A stretch of DNA of 64,000 nucleotides from positions 248,001 to 312,000 of the forward strand of contig RHPI01002204.1 in NCBI GenBank assembly GCA_009103225.1. The letters are read 5' to 3'. The notes under the pieces were generated by a model, which was given only the letters and a program-made list of their open reading frames with translations, was not told the origin of the DNA and made no database searches. The position numbers were made by a program, and so were the translations under genes. Shown piece by piece: positions 54,569 through 64,000 of this stretch. Position 1 is the first letter of the stretch. Every line of letters begins with the position of its first letter. The DNA comes from Chlorokybus atmophyticus. Its lineage: Eukaryota > Plantae > Mesostigma and Chlorokybus algae.

Positions 54569-55741
54569 ATGGCGTCCTCAGCCAAGGTGAGCGCAGCGTT
54601 GCTGCTGGCGGCGCTGGTCGCCCTGTCCGCCCTGGCCTCTCCCGCCACCGCCACATGCGGCAGCACCTGCAACACCGGCTGCACCGGCGCCGGCACACCC
54701 TGCAAGAACTGCCAGGTGCATCTCTTGCTTGATTTGTGCATATCTCTCCATTGCGCAGTTTGCGTACCTGTCCCCCCCACCCTGGTTGACTTGAAGTCAC
54801 TTGTGAAAATGCACACGTTCTCGCACCCTAGGCGGCAACAGTGTACGTGTGCAAGCCGTCCACGTGCCCAGCCAGCGCCTCCGTCCCCGCCTACGGCTCC
54901 TGCACCCCCGCGGACGGGTAAACAGCGGGTGTGGTGGTGGTTGTGGTGGTTGTGGTTGTTGTGGAGCTTGTGATCATGCGTGATGTCTCTGTCTCACATT
55001 CAGATGCGGTAAGAGGCTGTACTGCCCCCTCTTCGTGCGTGTCCGGCACGGCATGCAATGGCACATCCACGTCGCCCGGCGTGTGCGTGCCGCAATGCCA
55101 GGGCAGCTGCTCCATCTCCATCACCGGCACCAACGGCGTCAAGGTGGGTGCATGTGCGTCACATTCAAGGGGTGTCTTCCATGCACTTGACGCAACCTGT
55201 TGTTGCGTTCTTGCAGGTCAGCATTGCCGGCCAGTGCGGTCTGACTGACCCCTTTGCCTCCACGGGTGGTGCCGTCACCTCCGCCAAGGGCAGCTGCCCT
55301 GCGGGCACTGACTGCAAGTGCTATGTCGACACCTATGCACCGTCATGTAAGTATTGCGCACATGTACAATTAACACCCACCCAGGAACGTCCACACACCA
55401 ACATGCCTGTGTGCCTGTGTCTGGCAGTGTGCTCGGCATCCCCCAAGGGCCAGTGTCGCGGCGGAAAGTGTGGCTGTTTCATCACCAAGCCAGGCACCCA
55501 GACTTGTGACGCCGCCAACTTCCTCTACTACCATTCCACGGACACCTTCCAGGTGGGCGAACACTAAACAAGTTGTTGCTGTCGAGGTCGGTGGGCATGT
55601 TGGGGTGGTGGTGCTGTCACTGACACTGTGTTGTGTTGGCGTGTGCAGTCGGGTGGTTGCCAGGAGAACAACTGCAACGCCTTCGTGAAGCAGACGCTGG
55701 GCACCAGCTATGAGGCTAAGTGCTGCGCGAATTGCGGCTAA
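54569..55741 (+). CDS. Secreted cysteine-rich protein, 6 exons, about 236 aa, 28 Cys
   Basis: Signal peptide MASSAKVSAALLLAALVALSALA. GC3-rich exons at about 54569-54715, 54832-54917, 55012-55143, 55218-55347, 55428-55552 and 55649-55741 join in frame and end EAKCCANCG*. The exon 3 acceptor is atypical (TAAG). Confidence 0.8.
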
Positions 55742-55826
55742 GAAAGGAAGGAAGTAGCAATCAGCGAGTGGATAGACGATGGCCATCAAGTTGTGTGCAG
55801 TTGTGTCTTTAGACCAGTAGATTGTA

Positions 55827-55933
55827 CCCCCCCCCCCCCCCCCNNNNNNNNNNNNNNNNNNNNNNNNNNNNNNNNNNNNNNNNNNNNNNNNNNNNNNNNN
55901 NNNNNNNNNNNNNNNNNCCCCCCCCCCCCCCCC
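55827..55933. other. Assembly gap (N run) flanked by poly-C
   Basis: C17, then N 55844-55917, then C16. Confidence 0.95.
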
Positions 55934-57344
55934 TTCTCCTGTTGGTTCAGACAAGCTTGGACAGGTGCTGGTCGTTAGTTAGTTGTGTACACACCTTTGT
56001 TGCTACCTTTGTTGTCCTGTAACAAGCTGTGTAAGTGAATGTTGCTGACATGCCCATGGCAGGAAATGTGTGCGTGCGTGCGTGGGTGGGTGTACTACGC
56101 GCGAATGTGTGTGTGCTAGAGAGTGGCTAGCTTGCTATTATGAGGATGATAAGCACAACCTGCTGCTTGGTTCAGTTTACAATGCGGTTTTAGCTAGCGC
56201 TGTGTCAGAACGCTGGTGTTCCCCATCACGGTGATGTTGTGCTGGCCTTGTCTCTATGAGTAAACTCTGTTGCTGGTAAGCCTCTTGAAAGCTCCACGGC
56301 ACACAAACTTAGACTTGTTTACATGTTAAAGTGGTTTGTCACACCAACCTGGTGTGGCATGGTAGAGTTTGTAGTTGGCATGACTCGTGCACTAAATGTC
56401 CCCCGTAGAGCTACTTGGGAGTTTGTAATAGTCGAACTGAATGGACGTATCTGTATAATGGTCTCTGCTATAGGTCACATGCAATAGTTCTTGAAAACAT
56501 CTTTTCCTTGCTTACCTTATGCGTGCGTGCTATTGTGTGCATGCGCATGCCGACGGAAGTGGTTTCTGTGGATTGATGTGTGGGACTCCCTTGAACGGTT
56601 GTGTCACACCCTTACTCAGGAGGTATATATGCTACACTAGATGAGTACATCTTGACGTAAGAGATGTTGTACAGCTCGTATGTGAGATATGATACAACCA
56701 TAACGCCGCCATCACCGATGCGCTCGGCATCAGCCCGCAAGCGCAGCGGCGCAAGTGCACATACTTGACAACAGCGCCAACATTGGAAGCGGACGCTGTG
56801 CTGGCGGCTGCAGCCGTGTAGTTGTGTAGGCGTGCTGGCATGCGTGTGAGTTTACTGGTGCAGTGAAATAGGCATGGCTGACAGTGCGTAGCTTTGTATG
56901 ACGATTTTGCTGTACTAGTAAAACCAACAGCAGCGGCGCAAGTGCACATACTGTCACAGTTAAACAACGTTGTTGTACTGTGACAATGTGTGAACTTTGA
57001 GCCGCTTGCACACTTCCCAACACCAATAACATCAAGGCCAGGCCTATTCGGTTTCAACAGTTTTCAGCCAGACACAACAGAACTTTAGATCTGAGTTGTT
57101 GTTGAACATCTTCAAGGTCAACATCACATGGAATGGTACCAAACCCGGTGTCTTTTTCTTGACAATGTTGGCGATGTTGTTGCGAATGGCCCTGTTGCCC
57201 TGCGGCTCGACAGCCACACCCACCGCAACACGAATCATCCAACATAAACCTCACCGTATCCTCCACCACGCACACATGTTGCAATCTCCAGGCCTAGCCC
57301 GGCCGGGCCGGCCCAGGCTAGGCCCTACCGTAGTGACGGCTTGT

Positions 57345-57532
<188 letters not shown>

Positions 57533-58452
57533 TGCCGTTGCTGCCTGATAAGGACTGCCAACCAATACCAGTGTGTGTACACACAGGTACCTTTGACACA
57601 CTGTGCATGCAGCTAGTGGTGTCTATTAGACAGCCCAATAGGCTGTAGATAGCGGTGGTGTTAGCATAAGCGCTGTTGAGTGCGGCCCACCGCTCGAGTT
57701 TACTCAAAGCTAGTAGCCCGGTGGTCTCAGTACACCCCCAGTAAGTTGTAATACTGTAACATGCTAGTATGTTGCACTATGCATTCGGCACACTGCCTCT
57801 ATCATATGGGATGTGCTTACTATGCGCAACTCATTATGTTTCACGCATTCGCAGTGCAGGCATGCAGGCACGCACCCACGCACACATAGATGTTGCGTCT
57901 CACCTGGGATGGGGATGATGGCCGCCAGGAAGTTGCCCCACCCACCCCACCCCACCCCCACCCCACCCAGTGTGCAGTCCTCTGTTAGCCAGCTCCATGA
58001 ACTTGTCCACCAGGTTGAGGTTGCTGTAGGAAATTGCAGAGCTACAACAATCAATGTTGCCCTCCTCCACCGGCCTCCTGCAGCGCATGCATGGTCTCCC
58101 TGACTTCTGGCTGGGTCCTGATGACTTTCTGACATCGCAAAACTCCGTGCCCACCACCACAGCATGCCTTTATTCATACACAGGACACAACCACTGAGGC
58201 ACTCGCAGTATATGTAGATACACAAGGTTGGGCTAACAGTACGACTAGCATGTAAACCCATCCACGCACGCCATGCTGTCACGCAGGCACGCACACCCTG
58301 CACTCCCCCATATACCCCACCCCACCCCCCACCCCCCCCTCNCAGCGTCACCTACTCTTCGTACCAACACGCTCAGCAGGCTGCCCAATTGACTCCGTCA
58401 GATCACCACCCACGCCATTCAGTACTTGAGAACACGCATGCATTTGCAAACT

Positions 58453-59640
58453 TCAAGGAATAAGTTCGGTCAACTTCCCCTGCTCAGCGAGCTTGTCTTT
58501 GAATGCTGAGAGCGAGTCTTTGGCTCCGGGGAGAGCAAGCATGCGCGGCAACTATGACAATACTTTGGGGTGGTCCTTCAAGTCCCATCCCAATCAGCGG
58601 GAGCTGCAGAACACGACGACACACTTTGTTGTAGTTGATGGTCATTAAAAGGAGTGGGGGGACGCGTTGCATGTTCTCACCTGGTAGATCTCCATAAATG
58701 CGGACAAGTCTGCAATGCTGGGGTCGTTTCCTGCACGCAGCCAATTCATTAGACAGGTTGCTTGTGCTCGAGTTGACGAACTGCACGCATTCATCTCCCT
58801 TACCCGCGAGGTACTCTTTGTCACCGAAGAAGTAGGCGTTGATAACTGCAGCGAATCCCTGTACTTCATCTCGCCCGTCTTGATGGCCTGTTCGTCCTGA
58901 CCTTGAGGGATACCAAACTCGTCTGCGAATCGCCACAATCATCATCATAGCCTACCACCACCTGGCATGGTTAGGATGATTTCCGTTTGTGCATGCTTAC
59001 ATGAGTATACAGAGTGGAAGACGTAGCTGGTGTGCGTGTTCGTAGGCGTGGTGCCAGTCGAGGTACTGGTTGACCAGCGCCTGAGCGCAGATGTCCGTGC
59101 GCGGGTACCAATGCTCGGGCATGTCGTACTTGGCGCAGATGTAGCGCATGATCGCATGACTGGGAGTGGGGGGCCGTGGCAGCAGAGTGTCAGTGGAGGA
59201 GAAGGCAAGCTAGGTAAGATGCAGTGCAACATACGCATATGTTGAGCTCTGGTCTGTATAAACCTGGTGACTGCAAGTGTGAATACTTCTGTCGGAACCA
59301 GCTTGGCCCAAGCTATCGAGTACAGGCTCTGTTTGCATGCGCTAACAACTACACACGCATGCATTTTTTGAGTAGTGGTCATGCATGCATACACAAGAGA
59401 GCCAAGCATGGGTGTGGATCGGAGGCAGGTGAGAGCGTAGCTGCCTTGGCAGGCGCTGCATTGCGTCACACATGCAGTAGGAGACAGGACGATTTGTCTT
59501 GATGTCAAAGTCACTAGTAGTAGTGGTGCAGGCACGGTTCTCTCACCTCTCAAAGAGCTTGACACCATCCTCGTCTGTGATGGCAGGAACCTTGCCAAAG
59601 GGGCTGACCTCCTCCTTGGTATGGGTCTGGCCCGGGGGGA
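58453..59640 (-). pseudogene. Theta-class glutathione S-transferase pseudogene, 5'-truncated
   Basis: Exons give SPFGKVPAITDEDGVKLFES|HAIMRYICAKY...HWYP...VNQYLDWHH, PSIADLSAFMEIYQ and DLKDHPKVLS*LPRMLALPG. There are frameshifts near 59040, 58845 and 58590, a TAG at the conserved Trp, and no N-terminal exon. Confidence 0.8.
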
Positions 59641-59685
59641 CTGCATCTTACGCTCAAACCCCACGCCAAGAAGCCACGCGCTTAC

Positions 59686-62600
59686 TTGCTTGCATCGTAC
59701 AGATGTACCAACCGATCGCGCCCACCAGACGCCAGCAGAGCATTGCTCGCGCCGGTTGAGTTATGAACGTTTAACACCTCTGCATCATGCGCTTTCTATG
59801 AAGATGAATGGTTGGATGTCACCACCAACCGAGTTGCAAGCCTAACAACCAATGCTGACTTACCTGGAAGCTGATGAGCTGTTGCGTGGTAATATCCCAC
59901 ACCCTGCGGGTCTCCGCCAGCCACGCGGCGGCCGTCACGGCTCACGCACACGCACCTGAACCCACCCGACACAGTTTTCTTCATGTTGTCCGCACATGGA
60001 GACTGCGTCCCAGACTCATCCACCGGTTGATCTAGACAGACCATACCACCATCACTTATCATTAACGACAACTACTACTCACTGACACTCCGCATGTGAT
60101 ACCACTCGACCCGCCTGCGTGCATAACTGCAATGAGGTCTTTTGCCCCCGCGCTTGCGTTGAGAGACCCTCGGCCATAAATGTGATTGAGATGCCACACA
60201 TGCACGCTGCCGTCCGCGGAAAACGTCGCAAAGCTACCCTCTGGAATGATGTCATTCACGGCGGCGGGCATGGTTGCTATGTCTCATATGCAACTTGCGT
60301 GCACCAGTAACGAGCGTGAGCGTCCGATCTCCCGAGAGGTATGCCGTGTTAGTTGTATATGTTATGAGCCAATGCACATGCTCGTAATGCCTGCCCCGCC
60401 TTTGTTACCTTGGCAATGTTGCGCAAGTCCCAGATGTGATGGCTGTGGCTGCTGTATGCAACGGCTACAAAGAAAAGTCAGATGAGCAACATGCTCTGGC
60501 ATACAAGCAGAACTGTGGGATGACACTTAGGCAGGTGAATGTAATCAGGAGCATGATTGTGTGCATGCAAGCGTGAGAAGGCATCAATGTGCATGCGTGC
60601 ACGAGCCTGCGCGCAGGCGTGCAAGCTCTTATCAATGCAAACGTGGATGTGAAGTCAAAGACAACTGCTGTATGGTTGCGTGACATAGAGACAACCCCTG
60701 CGCACGTACTGGACACAATGATAGTCCCAAGCAGCAACACAGCACCAAGACAGTCTTTGCTTTCTCCTAGGAAGGCACAAGCGACAGCGTCCGGCAGTTT
60801 GGCGTCTGCACCCTTGTTGGCGAGGACGGGGCTGTTTGCATTGGCACCGTAGAGCATTGGGGAAGAGGATGGGCGCGGCAGCATGGCCTCATACTGCGTT
60901 GTGCCGGCTGTGAAAAGCCGCACAGTTGAGTCTGAACACGCCACTCGCAAGTCACACACCGCATTGGCAAATGCCTTCCTGACCTGTAAATGAGCGCATA
61001 TGCACACATTAATGTATGCATGTATGCTGCCGCAGATGTGTTTGTGTATAGGGTATGTGAAGTGCTGTGTGAGACACACGCATACATATGCCACATGCAC
61101 ACCAACACTCACATGCACACTACCAATTCAGTTTATCAAGTTGTACACCATCACTACCGGGCTAACCACTATCACTATGACACTACCGCCCGTCCCCGTT
61201 AGCCATGCATGCATGTTGACATGGTGTTACCTCTCTCATCTCCCAAACCCTCTGCGCGTGAGCCACCCCGCGGTGGTCCTGCTGCCGCTGCCACCCTTGC
61301 GCTGCAGTGCCAACGTCAGCACTGCACTGCGCAGGGTCCTTGCGTCCTTGCCGACAGTTAGGTCTGGTCGGTGGGGTTGGGTGGTGGGGTTGGTGTGTAT
61401 GCATGTACGTGTGTATCTCTTTGGCCATGTATGTGGTTGTGTATGGGTATGTACGTATAACACCCTGCATCTGCACACAGCCAGACACAGCCCATGCAAC
61501 ATGGACATGGGCGCGTATGACAGGAGACAAGTGACAGTGCGTAAAGCACACCAACATGAGTCAATGGCCAATCAACATGTGTCAATGGTCGATCGGACTG
61601 CTCTGTCAATGATATGCACAAAATCCTTCTCAAGACAGCACTTGCTGAGAAGTCCTGTATTCAGCAGTAATTTGGATGCGTCAAAGTGCACATAACGAGC
61701 AGTAGCCTTAAGCTCGACCCACTTTGTCAACGGAGCGTGCTTTGGCAAACAAGCAGAGCACGCCTTCATTGGTGACAGCATAGACACTTCCTCCATCGCT
61801 CCCAACAACCAGCGAGACGAAAGTGCTGTCCTTCAGCATGCCCGTGGTGAGAGCTCTACCCTCCGCAGCAGCACCTTTACTCCACGATGAGGATGACGTT
61901 GGCACATGCCACAGTTTCAGATGCTGAGGGCCGCTCGTGAAGAAAGAGTGCCCGTCTTCGGAGAATGCCACTGAGCAGATTGATACCCCGGCTGAGTGTG
62001 GCTTTGTGCCTAATCAGCTGCATGGCGTTCTTCCAGTCCCACAAGACTATCAGGCCGTCATGGTGACCCTCGACAGACACCAGATGCTTGCCTGCGTAGA
62101 TAGTGCATGATGTGTGAGACGACAAGCAGTGAAGCTAAACTAGTCCATCAACAGCTTAGTGCCAGTATCAGCGATCGCATACACGTCGGCCCATTAAACT
62201 GCTTTGATGCATGTTATGCTTGCAGGGACGCTTTGAAACACTATCCCCGAGAGCGGACATAAAGCATTGCAATCAAGTGGAAACTAGGTTGACATATAAG
62301 CGATAACGCATGCAGTGACCTATCAGACATTGAACCAAGTTCAGGCAGGTGTATTAGCCAATCGGTTATTGAAGAATCAGTTGCCGTTTTGAACAAGCAA
62401 CCAACAACTGCACTGACTACAGACTCGACCAAACACCCTCACCGCAACCGAAACAGCCAATCAGCACAAACCAACAAACCACCCCAACCAAGCCCTCAAC
62501 CGATCAATGCTCAGCCGGTCAGCAAAGCAGACGTGCGCAATGCATAAAGTACATCGTTACCGGATGCTGATGCCGCAAAGCATGCACTGCCGTATTGATG

Positions 62601-63765
62601 AGTCTTGAGCTCCGCCACAATGCCGCCCATGGTCGTGTCCCATACAACAACAGCTGGCTGATGACCACTCTGTGCACAGACAACCACATCAGCATTGGTC
62701 TGAATGTGCATGTGGTTGTGTGCACGCACTCTCACCTCGCTAGCAGCAAGGTACTGCCACGAAAGCGCGATGTAATGAAGGCATGTGAGGGCCTTGCAAG
62801 TTCGTGTGTTGAGCAGAAACTGCGTCTGCCAGTCCTAGCGCGGGCTGTTTGAGCAAGACGATGTAAGTACTGCAGATGCAGCACAGCACAACACAGCACA
62901 ACGACATGCTTTGCAAGTGATGTAGCACGATGTACACAGTGGTATGCAAAGTTGGAGTACTTGCCAGGCACTGAGTGTGGTGCAGGGCAACAGGGTGCGC
63001 TACCAACATGTAAAAGTGGGCAACAGTCAACTACAGTGTAGATGTAGTAGAGTAGTGCGACAAGTTGAGACTACTGCCGTACAGCAATTTGGTGTAAACT
63101 GCAACAACACAGCGGAGTGACTCAAAGTCCACAAACAGCTCGGCGAGCAGCAGTAAGTTGTTGCAATCCGCAGTAATGTGCAACGCACACCAGTCCAAGG
63201 CAGGCCAATCGCATGCACGCGCATGGAAAACCTAACTGGAGTACTGTGGAACTTGATTGTTAAGCCTTCAGGCATGTTTGCAGCTTGCATGCCGATTATG
63301 TCACCTATACACGACAACAACCCGGCCGGCGATGTAAGCGACGTCTCCCGGCAGAGTTGCCAACGAACGCGCTCTGGTTGCATGCCGTCAACCCGGTCAC
63401 GCGCTCCAGCACACAACACTTGAGCGCTAACTCAGTTTACGACCTATGTCATACGTTGCAACTCCTTCTACGCATTGGCAAGATAGATCCCTCCCACTTC
63501 CAAGCTGAGGTTATCATCGGCTTGTGTCAAATTGCGTAATGGAAGTGTGTGCAGCATTAGTACGGCAATGCTGTAACAGCACAAACAAACTGTTGTCGTG
63601 CTCACAACACCTAATCAAAGTATAAAACAGTGGTACAAACAGAAAGAGAGCATCGATCAAGATTATGGTAGTGCAACCCTCATTCACATCATCACACAAC
63701 CGACACACCTTGCTTCTTGGATCCTGTGCCTGGCGGCGGCTAGTCCGCCGCCGCACCGCCGCCAT
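59686..63765 (-). pseudogene. Truncated duplicate of the first ten or so WDR62-like exons
   Basis: Exon-by-exon paralog of 47068-50637. Lesions: a 2-bp deletion in exon 2 (near 63347), AAG to TAG at 62835-62837, an extra base near 61725, and a 10-bp deletion near 59903. It ends just after the LIHLY exon. Confidence 0.9.
61050..61393. mobile_element. 344-bp insertion in an intron of the WDR62 duplicate; element copy B, with a possible 7-bp TSD (TGTGTAT)
   Basis: Absent from the paralogous intron (about 48470-48480), flanked by TGTGTAT at 61043-61049 and 61394-61400, and homologous to 39920-40300. No terminal inverted repeats or ORF recognised. Confidence 0.6.
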
Positions 63766-63959
63766 CGCCAGCGGATCAGACCACAAGTTCGCAACCGCCC
63801 AACACGCCCCCACAGTCATCGGCGGCGCTATCGCCGACCACCCCGTCGACATCGCCGCCCTGGCCGCCGACAGCTTTTCCCGCCAACGGTTTCATCCATT
63901 TCAAACATTCAATTCATTCGCAGGCAAACAGCATGCTTTGCGGAGACAGAACAAAGCCA

Positions 63960-63967
63960 AAACCCTA
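63960..63967 (+). promoter_or_regulatory. Duplicated telo-box (AAACCCTA)
   Basis: Paralog of 50818-50825. Confidence 0.5.
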
Positions 63968-64000
63968 GCCTGAGCGGCGGGGTTTTGGGGGTGGGCGGCG

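Larger units (their letters stand above)
59671..64000 (+). repeat. Direct segmental duplication of about 47068-50884, including introns and promoter, running off the right edge
   Basis: Homology covers exons, many intron stretches, the 5' leader and the AAACCCTAGCCTGAG box, up to the last base of the window. Confidence 0.9.

Noticed and set aside
59640-59686. Functional in-frame WDR62-GST fusion protein
   Set aside because: Splice phases are incompatible, and both parts carry stops and frameshifts.
59858-59867. ACTTACCTGG resembling the 5' end of U1 snRNA
   Set aside because: It is the reverse complement of a minus-strand splice donor (CCAG|GTAAGT); no U1 body follows.

Overview
Eukaryotic, intron-rich nuclear DNA. 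The source is most likely a flagellate-producing green alga of streptophyte type; this is inferred from plastid-targeted uL11 and HCF107-like genes, plant-type AlaRS, UBP3/4, TON2 and GST-theta, axonemal CFAP58 and TTTAGGG-type telo-boxes. About 14 apparently intact genes were reconstructed by hand from GT-AG exons: HCF107-like (first exon only), UBP3/4, RPL30, AlaRS, plastid RPL11, bacterial-type poly(A) polymerase, TON2/FASS, CFAP58, an orphan coiled-coil protein, a plastid-targeted one-helix candidate, ARL8, a His/Cys-rich metallothionein-like gene, WDR62/MAPKBP1 and a secreted 28-Cys protein. Most sit in six short head-to-head pairs, five of which have a telo-box between the starts. There are three pseudogenes (ITPase, GST-theta, a truncated WDR62 duplicate), a near-perfect 15 x 308-bp tandem array, long microsatellites at N-gaps, and a dispersed ~350-bp element with a compensatory-change hairpin. 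The most novel-looking items are the spliced metallothionein-like gene, the hairpin element, the duplicated WDR62/ITPA promoter pair with apparent reciprocal gene loss, the secreted Cys-rich protein and the 308-bp array. No CRISPR, rRNA or tRNA was recognised. All family calls come from motifs recognised by eye; no database search was run.
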